This document shows, piece by piece, positions 17,069-26,668 of a stretch of 64,000 bases of DNA. Position 1 is the first letter of the stretch; each line of letters opens with the position of its first letter. The position numbers and the translations under genes were made by a program. The notes under the pieces were generated by a model, which was given only the letters and a program-made list of their open reading frames with translations, did no database searches and was not told where the DNA came from. The stretch comes from Candidatus Woesebacteria bacterium. GTDB lineage: Bacteria > Patescibacteriota > Microgenomatia > Woykebacterales > 2-01-FULL-43-14. The stretch lies in the NCBI GenBank assembly GCA_020060105.1, contig JAGVAV010000023.1, forward strand, positions 14,905-78,904. The letters run 5' to 3'.

Positions 17069-18508
17069 ATGTCAATGACTAAGTTAATAAACCGATTGAA
17101 AAATCCTGCCTTTCTCGCTCTGGCAGCTCTCTTTCTGAGCGCTACGTCTGTCTTCGCGGCCGAAGGGGCCACTAACAACCACGCCGCTTTTGCTCTTACC
17201 TTTGGTTGGATCGCCGTCCTTCTTTTTATCGCCAAACTCTCCGGACTGGTAGACAGGTTTGGTCTGCCTCCCGTCCTCGGGGAGCTAATCGTCGGGGTGA
17301 TCTTAGGCAATCTTGTTTTGCTCAATATCCACTGGTTTGAACCTCTCAAACATAGCGAGATTATCACCTTTTTAGCTGAGCTGGGAGTAATCATCTTACT
17401 TTTTCAATCCGGTTTAGAGTCAAATCTCACCGAGATGCGCCGGGTAGGAGTAAGAGCTTCCCTCGTCGCGATCATTGGGGTAGTCGTTCCGTTCCTTCTT
17501 GGGGCGTATCTGGCCGGACCTTGGCTTTTGCCAAATCTCTCAAGTAACAGTTATCTTTTCCTGGGAGCCGCTTTAACAGCCACCTCGGTTGGGATTACCG
17601 CCAGAGTTTTTCGTGATCTGGGCAAAAGTAAAATAAAAGAAGCCAAAATTGTTCTTGGCGCGGCGGTAATTGATGACGTTTTAGGTTTGATCATCCTAGC
17701 AGTTGTCTCCGCTATCGTCACTAAAGGAAACGTCAACCCGGCGGAAATTGGATTAATCAGCGCAAAAGCGATTGGATTTTTGGTCTCGGCCATCTTAATT
17801 GGCCAACTTATCGCGCCGCACCTTTCTAAGCTCCTTTCCAAAATCCATGATGGGGTAGGAATGAAGTTTACGCTAGCCATTACTTTCGCCCTCGTTTTTT
17901 CTTACCTCGCCAGTCTAATTGGCCTCGCCCCAATTGTCGGAGCTTTTGCCGCCGGTCTTATCCTTGACCCAGTCCATTTCAAAGCCTTCAAGGACCCGGA
18001 AATCGTAACAGAACTGCGAGAGGTTGCCAACGACGTTTCGGAAAAAGCGAAAGATAAAATTATCAGCACCATCCGCCATCACTCCGATCATCACCTCGAA
18101 GAAATTATTCAACCCATTGGACTTCTTCTTGTCCCGATATTCTTTGTGGTAACCGGGCTGCAAGTTAAGCTGGAAACTTTGGCTAATCCCTCAATACTGC
18201 TAACCGCCTTAGCGATAACCCTCGTCGCCGTCGGGGGTAAAGTCATCGCCGGTACGGCAGCCGGAAATGTGAATAAGTGGGTCGTGGGTTGGGGAATGGT
18301 CCCTCGGGGAGAAGTAGGCTTGATCTTTGCCAACGTCGGTAAAGCTTTAGGAGTAGTCGGGGATGAAGCTTTTTCGGTCATTGTTATTATGATTATTCTT
18401 ACCACTCTCCTTACTCCGCCAATTCTGACCTTTTTACTTAAGCAGCAATCTCAACAAGCCTCGGCAAAGCCTGACAGCATCCCAACCGCTGTTCCATCAA
18501 CGTTGTAG
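17069..18508 (+). CDS. Cation:proton antiporter (CPA / Na+-H+ exchanger family)
   Basis: About 12 TM segments with Na_H_exchanger-like conserved blocks (GELIVGVILGN..., PRGEVGLIFANVG). Confidence 0.7.
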   Translation: MSMTKLINRLKNPAFLALAALFLSATSVFAAEGATNNHAAFALTFGWIAVLLFIAKLSGLVDRFGLPPVLGELIVGVILGNLVLLNIHWFEPLKHSEIITFLAELGVIILLFQSGLESNLTEMRRVGVRASLVAIIGVVVPFLLGAYLAGPWLLPNLSSNSYLFLGAALTATSVGITARVFRDLGKSKIKEAKIVLGAAVIDDVLGLIILAVVSAIVTKGNVNPAEIGLISAKAIGFLVSAILIGQLIAPHLSKLLSKIHDGVGMKFTLAITFALVFSYLASLIGLAPIVGAFAAGLILDPVHFKAFKDPEIVTELREVANDVSEKAKDKIISTIRHHSDHHLEEIIQPIGLLLVPIFFVVTGLQVKLETLANPSILLTALAITLVAVGGKVIAGTAAGNVNKWVVGWGMVPRGEVGLIFANVGKALGVVGDEAFSVIVIMIILTTLLTPPILTFLLKQQSQQASAKPDSIPTAVPSTL

Positions 18509-18618
18509 ACGAACAAATATCAGCGCTACTTTTGTGATCCTTTCATCCTCAGTGTTCAAGAAAGGTGAAGGCCTTTTATTGATCCAAAAATTCCCAAACT
18601 CTAAAATTCAACTAGGAA

Positions 18619-19929
18619 ATGAGTTACTCACAGTTAAAACTGGTCTGGGAAGAAATTTCTGAAAGCTTTTGGTTTTTACCCGGTCTTTTGACTTTGGGTG
18701 CTTTGATACTTACCCCTCTCCTTATTTTTATCGATCTCGTTTTCCAAGAAATGATTGGCCAACTAACCCCAACTTTTTTAATCAGTTCTCCAGAGTCCAC
18801 TAGAGGCCTTTTGTCAACAATCGCCACTACCGTAGCGACTATTGCCGCGGTCACCTTTTCCATCACCATCGTAGCTATCCAGCAAGCCTCAAACCAATAC
18901 TCACCCCGAGTTCTTCAGACTTTCCGAAAAAGTTACAGTTATCAGGCGGTTCTAGGCATGTTTATTGCCACTTTTCTAACGTCATTACTGGTGCTTTCAA
19001 CTATCAGAGTGGGCAATCCTGGGCAAGAAGTTTTTATCCCCAGACTTTCTATCTTCGCCGTAATGCTTCTTACTCTCGCTGACCTTGGATTACTAATTTT
19101 CTTTCTGTCTCAAGTTCTTCGCTCGCTCCAGGCAACGGAAATTATCGCTGAAATTAATAATGAAGTAAGAAAGCAAATTAACAACATCTATCCTAGCGAG
19201 ATTGGAGAGGAAGTTAAAGAATCCGAACCTCCTCAAAAGATTATTGAAAAACTCAAAGGAGGAGAGGAACCAATCTATTTACTAGCAGAAAAACCAGGCT
19301 TTATCAAAAGAGTCAATGAAGAACTTCTAGAAAGGGCCTCAACTCAAGCCGTAAAATGGATCTATATCTTCCCTCAGATTGGCGATTTTGTCGGGGTCGG
19401 AGATCCCTTAGCCGAAATTGATAATACGAAGGAAAATAAAAAGATTTTAAAGCTTTTGAAGGAGGCCATCACTATCAGTAGCAGAAAGTCAACCAAAGAA
19501 AATGCTCTCTTTGGGATTCACGAACTCTCCGACGTTATCTTAAAAACCCTTCCCAGTGGCGACGAAACTAGTCCGGGGTATTGCTTAGAATTCATAGGCG
19601 ACGCTCTCACTCAGCTAGTTAACCGAAAGTTTCCTTCAAACGAAAGGACTTTGAAAGAAAAAACCATTCTCGTTCTAAACAATCACACTTGGAATCAGTT
19701 CGTCGAAACTGGTTTTGGCCGAGCCGATCAAGAACTTTCCAAATCTCCTCAACTCCTCCTCATCGCCATTCGAAACTTAGGAAAAATCAGATCGATAGCC
19801 AAGAGTAACTATAGAAAGAACGTTATCTTGAAAGAATTGGGAAAAATTAGTCGGATAATCCAAAAAGCGCCTTTTATCCAATCAGAAAAAGAAAATCTCC
19901 TGGAAGCTCTCGAAAAAGCAAAAAGATAA
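18619..19929 (+). CDS. Membrane protein, DUF2254-like (N-terminal TM region plus soluble domain)
   Basis: N-terminal LKLVWEEISESFWFLPGLL followed by TM helices. Family assignment is tentative. Confidence 0.4.
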   Translation: MSYSQLKLVWEEISESFWFLPGLLTLGALILTPLLIFIDLVFQEMIGQLTPTFLISSPESTRGLLSTIATTVATIAAVTFSITIVAIQQASNQYSPRVLQTFRKSYSYQAVLGMFIATFLTSLLVLSTIRVGNPGQEVFIPRLSIFAVMLLTLADLGLLIFFLSQVLRSLQATEIIAEINNEVRKQINNIYPSEIGEEVKESEPPQKIIEKLKGGEEPIYLLAEKPGFIKRVNEELLERASTQAVKWIYIFPQIGDFVGVGDPLAEIDNTKENKKILKLLKEAITISSRKSTKENALFGIHELSDVILKTLPSGDETSPGYCLEFIGDALTQLVNRKFPSNERTLKEKTILVLNNHTWNQFVETGFGRADQELSKSPQLLLIAIRNLGKIRSIAKSNYRKNVILKELGKISRIIQKAPFIQSEKENLLEALEKAKR

Positions 19930-19965
19930 TCTTTTGAAGCGTAAGTAAAAAGAGCTTGTCGCAAA

Positions 19966-21054
19966 TCAAATCTGTCTTTTCAAAACTTTCTCCACTCTCG
20001 TCTCCAGATCCGGCATTTCTCGCCCGGAAAGGTAAAACTCCTCATAATAAGCTTTCACAAATCCGGCCACGGGAGTGGCGATCAGTGCCCCCAAGAAACC
20101 GAAGGCGTAAGTTAACCCCACCACGAAGAAAATAATCAAGACAGGGTTAATCTCCGTTTGAGAAGAACGAACGTATGGAGCGAGAAGATCGCCCGCAAGC
20201 TCTTGCATAATAAGGTAAAAGATCAGAACCCACAAGGCTTTCACTGGGTCAATCGCCAACGCGATTAGGACCGGGGGGATAGTCATAATCAAAGGACCAA
20301 CTCTCGGAATAAGTTCGGAGAAAGCGGTCACCACTCCCCAAATCAAGGCCCCCGGTATTCCAATTATCAATAAGAATGTCGCCGCTAAGAACCCTTCAAC
20401 TAAGCCAACGATTAGACTGGCCCATAGCCATCCGATGGTCGTGTTTGACCCTTTGACCAAGGCTCTCTCCGCTTTAGTCCTTAAACGAGTTGGGAAAATC
20501 TGCAAGTAAGTTCGGATTAGCGGTCTGGGGTTAGCAAGAGAATAAATCAGAACGCTAAACAAAACGGCGCCAAAGATTAACAAGTTTAGCAAAGTAATGG
20601 AAAATTGTCCAATTTGAAAAACGACTGACTGGATTGTCGGTAACACTTGTTGGGCAATAAGAGTGGTAATTTCTTCTCTTTCAAGAATCGCCAAATCTGC
20701 CCCTAGTAAGTTAGCCACTCTTTCCGTTACTAGCGAAAGATATTGCGGTAAATCCCTGGTCACCCGACCGATCTCGACGGTTAGAATTGGCAGTATTAAC
20801 CAACCGACCAGAGACACAAACGAGACAATCCCGGCCAACGTAAGAAAGGTCCCCAGGGAGCGAGGAATCTTTTTTTCCTCCAGCCTCGTCACCAAAGGAT
20901 TGAGAGTAATCGTCAATATAAAAGCTGAGAGAAAAACTAAGACGACTGCTCGGACTAAGTTAAGAAACAAGACTAAGAGGATAATCGCTACCGTCAGGAA
21001 TATCAGTTTTTTAAAGGTTGAAAATAAGTTTGGGTAGAAAGTTTCTGGATTCAC
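19966..21054 (-). CDS. AI-2E family transporter (UPF0118 / PerM-like)
   Basis: Conserved ELIPRVGPLIMTIPPVLIAL block and the topology. Confidence 0.7.
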   Translation of the reverse strand: MNPETFYPNLFSTFKKLIFLTVAIILLVLFLNLVRAVVLVFLSAFILTITLNPLVTRLEEKKIPRSLGTFLTLAGIVSFVSLVGWLILPILTVEIGRVTRDLPQYLSLVTERVANLLGADLAILEREEITTLIAQQVLPTIQSVVFQIGQFSITLLNLLIFGAVLFSVLIYSLANPRPLIRTYLQIFPTRLRTKAERALVKGSNTTIGWLWASLIVGLVEGFLAATFLLIIGIPGALIWGVVTAFSELIPRVGPLIMTIPPVLIALAIDPVKALWVLIFYLIMQELAGDLLAPYVRSSQTEINPVLIIFFVVGLTYAFGFLGALIATPVAGFVKAYYEEFYLSGREMPDLETRVEKVLKRQI

Positions 21055-21122
21055 AACTCCTCAACTCGATCCTAGTTTTTAAGATTCGCTAAGACCGTGG
21101 GCTTTTAACCCCCGGTAATTAA

Positions 21123-21341
21123 TCATTCCTTAGCTTGCTCTTTAATTTCTTCTCCAGTCCTCTCCGCTTGCCGCCTAGCTCTTTCTTTTAGCTTTTCTCC
21201 TCGGGCTCGGATATCATGATAAGCCTCTTCAAGTTTTTTTCGATTTTCCTTTCTCATCAGAACAACCGCCGCCGCCCCAATCGCTGCCCCAATTACTAAA
21301 GCGGCCAGAGTTCCCATACCGCCTCTTTGTCCATTGTTCAT
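21123..21341 (-). CDS. YtxH-like small stress protein
   Basis: Gly/Ala-rich TM segment (LAALVIGAAIGAAAVVL) followed by a charged helical tail. Confidence 0.5.
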   Translation of the reverse strand: MNNGQRGGMGTLAALVIGAAIGAAAVVLMRKENRKKLEEAYHDIRARGEKLKERARRQAERTGEEIKEQAKE

Positions 21342-21355
21342 ACTTTGTCACCTCC

Positions 21356-21580
21356 TTAGCCAAAAAACATTCTCGGAATAGCTAAGATTTTTCCCTTAAT
21401 CTGATTTTTCAAGCTCCTCGCCTCACCAGTGACATCTTTAACGTCTCGAAGCACCATCTGAAGCGTATCCAGCGTTTGAGCTATTTTCAAAATAAGATAA
21501 ACCAAAAATCCTACCAAAATCAAAAACCCAAACGCCAGACTAAGGTATAAAAAATCTAAGCTGGTAAGAACAGTACTCAA
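21356..21580 (-). CDS. DUF948-like membrane protein
   Basis: N-terminal TM segment followed by LDTLQMVLRDVKDVTGEARSLKNQIKG. Confidence 0.45.
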   Translation of the reverse strand: MSTVLTSLDFLYLSLAFGFLILVGFLVYLILKIAQTLDTLQMVLRDVKDVTGEARSLKNQIKGKILAIPRMFFG

Positions 21581-21614
21581 CGGTTTTTCCTTTCAAACAA
21601 ACAGTTTAAACACC

Positions 21615-22406
21615 TTAAGTGAGTTGACCAACCGCCCGACTGACATCAGTCGGCTTATTGTAAACCCTATCCGGCAAACGCTCTAAAGTCAGACGGACAT
21701 TCTTATCCGCTCCTTCTTGATCGGCTTTTTTAATTAATTCTTCCTTACTCACCGGATAGTCGACACCTTCAAGAAACTTTTGGACTTGGACAGGGTTTAC
21801 TGTTTCTCCTTCCTCTCCAGACATAGATTCTTCTCCTCTCATCGTTCTTTCCTCCTCCTTCTCCCGTCCGGTCATGGAAACGGATTCGACGTTTGCGGCC
21901 CCGTGGTGTTCTAAAATCCTTCTGGCTTCCATTTCTCGCTCTGGCGGGGAGGAAACCAAAATCAACACGCCACCAGCTCTAATTTTTTCCTCGTAGTCAC
22001 GCGCCCGCTCTTCCGGAATCCCTAGCCCTACCAAACCTCCAGTCAGACCACCAGCCAAAGCTCCAGTCACCGCTCCGGAAACAGTCGTTGCTGCCGCTCC
22101 GGTCAAACCTAGGGCCGCGGCGATCGGTCCTCCGATCAAAATCGCCCCTAAGCCTGGAACAGCGATCGCCCCAACTCCGGCAAGCAAACCTCCAAGGCCT
22201 CCGATCACTCCTCCGGCCGCTGCGCCGGAAACCGTGCCTTTAGCCACGCTGGCTCCGGTTCTCTCCGCCAGATCTTCTCCTTCTTCCTCTTCTTTCACCA
22301 TCACCGAAACATCCTTCATTTCAAATCCCGCTCTCTTCAGATCATTCACCGCCATCTCCGCGTGCTCTCGGTTTGGAATCACTCCGACCACTGACCTAGT
22401 CATCAT
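21615..22406 (-). CDS. General stress protein (YflT-like N-terminal domain, glycine-zipper segment, C-terminal DUF2795)
   Basis: C-terminal VQKFLEGVDYPVSKEELIKKADQEGADKNVRLTLERLP matches the DUF2795 pattern. Central Gly-rich repeats. Confidence 0.5.
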   Translation of the reverse strand: MMTRSVVGVIPNREHAEMAVNDLKRAGFEMKDVSVMVKEEEEGEDLAERTGASVAKGTVSGAAAGGVIGGLGGLLAGVGAIAVPGLGAILIGGPIAAALGLTGAAATTVSGAVTGALAGGLTGGLVGLGIPEERARDYEEKIRAGGVLILVSSPPEREMEARRILEHHGAANVESVSMTGREKEEERTMRGEESMSGEEGETVNPVQVQKFLEGVDYPVSKEELIKKADQEGADKNVRLTLERLPDRVYNKPTDVSRAVGQLT

Positions 22407-22601
22407 TTTTTACCTCCACGGGTTTAAAAGTAATCAAAATTTAAACAGGAAAGTCTATAACAACCGTAAAAAGCAATCCCTATCATAAGTTAGGATATGG
22501 GGAAGGATCAACAACGAGGCTTATCCAAGCCTGGCAAGATAATTGCCGATAAACAACCATCTAAAAAACGTCGCCAAGTCATTAACTAGTTGCAAGTGAG
22601 T

Positions 22602-22637
22602 CCTATAGTTGACCGACTGTTTTATTTCCGACATAAT
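22602..22637 (+). promoter_or_regulatory. Promoter CCTATAG-TTGACC-17-CATAAT upstream of pyk
   Basis: Hexamers and a 17-nt spacer, with the same CCTATAG extension as at 15251. Confidence 0.5.
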
Positions 22638-22790
22638 CTCAGCTATAAAAAGGTGTGTAATTTACAAACAGTAAAATGCGTGCCTAAAAGAGAAGCGCCT
22701 CCTTAGTCTATTTACTGGAGGTTAGCTAAAGGTAGGGGGATCAGCTGAATCTTGAATTAAAATCCAACATATCAGATTATTCAAGGCACT

Positions 22791-23798
22791 ATGAGCAAGA
22801 TAATTCAAACCGTCTGTACCCTTGGCCCGGCTTCTCAAAAACCTGAGACTTTAGAAAAGTTAATCTCTTCCGGCATGAACATTGCCCGTTTCAACTTTTC
22901 TCACACGACCCCAGAACAGTTTCTTCGTATTAAAAGCTTAATTGAAAAATATAACCAAAAACTAGGTAAAAAGACAAAAATTCTCCTAGATCTCCAAGGA
23001 CCAAGAATGAGAGTCGGGCTCTTACCTGAAGAAGGTCTTAACTTAAAGGAAGGGGAGGAAGTGACTTTTTCGACGGGTCTTTCGGATAATAGGGCCATCC
23101 ACATCGATAATCCACACCTTCATGAAGATATAGAGCCTGGCCAGCCAATGTATCTTTCTAATGGAGAAATCGAACTTAAGGTCGTTTCTAAAAAGGGCAA
23201 TAAAATCATGGCTAAGGTTCTGATTGGGGGAGTACTTTATTCCAGAAAAGGGGTCAATGTCCCGGAAACCAAAACACGAGCCAGGGGATTGACCGATAAA
23301 GATCTAAAGGACGTTAAACTTGGAGTAGAAAATGGAGTGGATTTCATCGCCTTATCGTTTGTAGGGGACAAGTCCGACGTTAGAGAACTTCGTGAAAAAA
23401 TCAATGACCCGACTACCGGAATCGTGGCAAAAATCGAAAGAAGGGCGGCGATCGCTAACCTAGAAAAAATCATCAAAGCCTCTGACTTAATAATGGTCGC
23501 TCGAGGGGACCTGGGAGTTGAGTTTCCTTTGCCAGAAATTCCGTTTTTACAAAAAGAAATAATTAGTAAAGCAAATCGTTTTGACAAACCGGCGATCGTC
23601 GCGACCCAAATGCTTGCCAGCATGGTCAATCATCCGCATCCCACCCGAGCCGAAGTCACTGATGTAGCTAATGCCGTCCTAGACGGGGCTTGGGGCGTGA
23701 TGCTTTCCCAAGAAACTGCCTTTGGCCATTACCCGGTCCAGTCTCTGGATTACCTCACCAAGATCACCCAACGAGCGGCACAATTTTCTTCAGGTTAA
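22791..23798 (+). CDS. pyk: Pyruvate kinase lacking the C-terminal regulatory domain
   Basis: Pyruvate kinase active-site block MVARGDLGVEFPLPEIP...ETAFGHYP. The protein ends ~30 aa later at 335 aa; typical PKs exceed 460 aa. Confidence 0.8.
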   Translation: MSKIIQTVCTLGPASQKPETLEKLISSGMNIARFNFSHTTPEQFLRIKSLIEKYNQKLGKKTKILLDLQGPRMRVGLLPEEGLNLKEGEEVTFSTGLSDNRAIHIDNPHLHEDIEPGQPMYLSNGEIELKVVSKKGNKIMAKVLIGGVLYSRKGVNVPETKTRARGLTDKDLKDVKLGVENGVDFIALSFVGDKSDVRELREKINDPTTGIVAKIERRAAIANLEKIIKASDLIMVARGDLGVEFPLPEIPFLQKEIISKANRFDKPAIVATQMLASMVNHPHPTRAEVTDVANAVLDGAWGVMLSQETAFGHYPVQSLDYLTKITQRAAQFSSG

Positions 23799-23997
23799 TA
23801 ACTATTTCAAACCTACTCTCCCCGGAAACTACCATTTCTGTATCTTTAAACACGCCCTTAGACAACACCTTGGCAACAAATTATGGTGTCATTTTGAAAG
23901 ACCCATCAAAAGTTTAATTTCAACGAGAAACGCTATCTGAAAAAAACGCAGTTTTATTTAGCCCTGTTTAACCAAGGCCTAAAACCTTAAGTTAAAA

Positions 23998-25290
23998 TTA
24001 GTCGACAAAGGTTAAAGCGACGCCTTTTTTACTGGCTCGGCCCGTTCGGCCAATACGATGAATATAGTCTTCGTAATTTTCCGGAAGATCGTAGTTGATA
24101 ACGTGGGTGACACTGTCAATATCTAAACCCCGAGAGGCCACGTCTGTGGCCAAAAGCACTTTTATCTCGTTATTTTTAAATCGGTCAAGAGTTTTTTGGC
24201 GTTGATTCTGATTCTTATTGCCATGAATTGCCCCAACTTTAAAACCGCGTATGGTTAGTTGTTTATTTAGCTTCTCCACTCCGTGCTTTGTTCGACCGAA
24301 AACCAAAACTTTATTAAAGCCTTCGCCAATTAACAAATCGTGTAGTTGCTCAATCTTTTTCTCTTTATCGATTACTTTGATGATATCCTGGTCGACATTA
24401 CCTGAAGTGTCAGCTCGTTTGACTGAGATAGTCACCGGATCAGTAACGAAGGTATTTAGAATTTCCCGAACTTTCGGAGAGATTGTTGCGGAGAAAAAGA
24501 GTGATTGACGCTCCTTCGGAAGGAGAGCAATAAAGTATTTGACGTCGTGGATAAAACCGATATCAACCATCAAATCAACCTCATCTAAAACGAAAGTGGA
24601 GTAATCGGATAAACGAAGATTTCTTCGCTGGATGTGGTCTTTCAATCTTCCTGGAGTGGCGATCACTACCCGAGGGTTTCTTTGAAGATCTTGGATTTGA
24701 CGTCTCACATCCGCCCCACCGATAAGAAGGGTGGAATAAATTCTCATGTTATCGCTAAATTCTTGCAACTCCTCTCTAATCTGAAAGGCCAATTCTCTGG
24801 TTGGCGCAATAATTAAGGCTTTTTGATCCGGCTGTTTGAAAAGTTTGTCGATAATCGGAATCAAAAATGCCGCGGTTTTACCAGTCCCGGTGTCCGCCAA
24901 ACCGATTAAGTCGCGACCCTCTAAGATTGGCGGAATTGCTTGGTCTTGAATCGGCGTCGGATGAGCGTATCCGCGCTTAGTAATATTTTGTTTTAAGATA
25001 CCATGAATCGCAAAATCCGAAAATTGATGCGTTGAGGCAAAGCTTTCCACTGAAGAAAGCTCATCAGCTCGTCGGATAAAAATGTTAACATCTTGTCCAG
25101 CCAGCTTTGACTTAGGTCTGTTATTGGCACTTCGACCAAATCTAGTTCTATTGTCAAAAAGTTTCTGAGAATGGCTGAGACCGCCATTGTAAGACGTTTT
25201 CTTAAAGGAACTTTTTTGTCGCGACCCGTAACGGATCGAAGCACTATTGCCTTTTTGACCGGTGTTACCCGGGTTTGATTTGTAAAACAT
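23998..25290 (-). CDS. DEAD-box ATP-dependent RNA helicase with a basic N-terminal extension
   Basis: Q motif, ADTGTGKTAAF, DEVD, SAT, HRIGRTGR. Confidence 0.9.
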   Translation of the reverse strand: MFYKSNPGNTGQKGNSASIRYGSRQKSSFKKTSYNGGLSHSQKLFDNRTRFGRSANNRPKSKLAGQDVNIFIRRADELSSVESFASTHQFSDFAIHGILKQNITKRGYAHPTPIQDQAIPPILEGRDLIGLADTGTGKTAAFLIPIIDKLFKQPDQKALIIAPTRELAFQIREELQEFSDNMRIYSTLLIGGADVRRQIQDLQRNPRVVIATPGRLKDHIQRRNLRLSDYSTFVLDEVDLMVDIGFIHDVKYFIALLPKERQSLFFSATISPKVREILNTFVTDPVTISVKRADTSGNVDQDIIKVIDKEKKIEQLHDLLIGEGFNKVLVFGRTKHGVEKLNKQLTIRGFKVGAIHGNKNQNQRQKTLDRFKNNEIKVLLATDVASRGLDIDSVTHVINYDLPENYEDYIHRIGRTGRASKKGVALTFVD

Positions 25291-25527
25291 AATTTTGATA
25301 TTGGTTGAAGAAGAAAAACTAAAAGATCGATGCTTGCCAAAAGGGCAAAGGACTTATCCTGAAATTTTAGGAGCTACTTTCAAAGATTTAATCCCGCTTT
25401 TGGCAACTTGACTAATTTTGCAGTAACTTGAAGGGAAGAATCAAATGTATAGCTCGTATTCTAGATCAACTCTAGAGCATTATACCATAAAGTTAGGAAA
25501 AAAGCAAATCCTATAACATTAGGTGGC

Positions 25528-25842
25528 TTAAAACTTGATAAAAGACTGGTTTCCAAAGTAGAAATTAAAAGCTTTCAGCAGGTCTGTTAGATCAAAGTTT
25601 GGTTTTTGAGTAGCTACATTATTAACTATTTCCTTGAGGACTTGAACGCTCAAGGTATATTTTAGATTGTTCTCTTCAGCAAAGGTAGGTTCCTCACCCT
25701 TCTTAACACGATCATCATTTAAAATGATACACTTGGTACTTTCATGGAAAACAGGGGCTTGTTCACAGTAGAGAGAGCCTTTCCAGAACAGTTTATTGGC
25801 GTTGATTAAAATGTCAGAAAGCTTTTGAGGTTTTGGTTGCAT
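25528..25842 (-). CDS. Hypothetical protein
   Basis: ORF only; divergent from arsR. Confidence 0.4.
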   Translation of the reverse strand: MQPKPQKLSDILINANKLFWKGSLYCEQAPVFHESTKCIILNDDRVKKGEEPTFAEENNLKYTLSVQVLKEIVNNVATQKPNFDLTDLLKAFNFYFGNQSFIKF

Positions 25843-26040
25843 TAAGACGATTATACCAGAAAACTGCCGAAATGTACATTTAGCTTCGCCGTTTTACGCT
25901 TAGTATAAGTTCGGAAGGGGGACGTTTCTCTTTTGAATACGAAATTGGTTAATTTTTTAAGTTAACGGCTTCCTAACGATACACTCTTAATCTCTTTCCT
26001 TCTCCTTGACACCTGCCAACCCTTCCCTTATCATAAATAT

Positions 26041-26352
26041 ATGAATAAATGTTCATATAACTGCTGTAATCCCGACAGTTATGAATTTCAAAGAGTAATT
26101 AGCCTATCTTCTTTACTAAAAATCGTCTCCGAAGAAAGCCGATTAAAAATACTTTGCATTTTGAAAGAAGGGGAGCACTGCGTTTGTGAAATAATAAATC
26201 ACCTCTCATTATCCCAAAGTCTTATTTCCCATCACCTAAGAGATTTAAAAGATTTTAACGTTGTTTCCGATCACAAAAGGGGAAACAGGGTTTATTACTC
26301 ATTAACAAAACAGGGCAGAAAATTTGCCGATATTTTATTTAGCTTAGATTAA
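26041..26352 (+). CDS. arsR: ArsR/SmtB family metalloregulator
   Basis: HTH with the metalloid-binding CVCEI motif (compare ELCVCDL). TTGACA-17-TATCAT promoter ending ~7 nt before the ATG, so possibly leaderless. Confidence 0.8.
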   Translation: MNKCSYNCCNPDSYEFQRVISLSSLLKIVSEESRLKILCILKEGEHCVCEIINHLSLSQSLISHHLRDLKDFNVVSDHKRGNRVYYSLTKQGRKFADILFSLD

Positions 26353-26363
26353 GGGAGGTCTTT

Positions 26364-26663
26364 ATGAAAATCGAAGTTTTAGGTTCCGGATGTAACAACT
26401 GCAAAAAGCTCTATGACCTGACTAATCAGGCAGTTAAAGAATTAAACCTCGAGGCCGAGGTTGAGTACATAACTGATATCAAAAGGTTAGTTGAAATGGG
26501 GATAATGCAAAGCCCTGCCCTCGCCATTGACGGGGTTGCGGTAATGACGGGCGCGACAACAAACCTCGAGAAAATCAAAGAGGTCCTTCAAAAAGATAAA
26601 TCGGATAATTCAGCCAACGGCTGCCAAAACAAAACTTGTCGTTGTCATAACGGCTGCTGCTAA
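26364..26663 (+). CDS. Thioredoxin-fold redox-active disulfide protein 2 with a Cys-rich C-terminal tail
   Basis: GSGCNNC active-site motif. Tail is NGCQNKTCRCHNGCC. Confidence 0.7.
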   Translation: MKIEVLGSGCNNCKKLYDLTNQAVKELNLEAEVEYITDIKRLVEMGIMQSPALAIDGVAVMTGATTNLEKIKEVLQKDKSDNSANGCQNKTCRCHNGCC

Positions 26664-26668
26664 CGCAT

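Noticed and set aside
17056-18405. Several 80-110 aa minus-strand ORFs (17056-17394, 17551-17880, 17915-18163, 18109-18405)
   Set aside because: Antisense to the well-supported antiporter gene; Pro/Arg-rich low-complexity translations typical of GC-rich antisense frames.
23690-23940. Two 70-aa ORFs downstream of pyk as a missing PK C-terminal domain
   Set aside because: The translations show no similarity to the pyruvate kinase C domain (no ...TESGRTA... block). The region looks non-coding.
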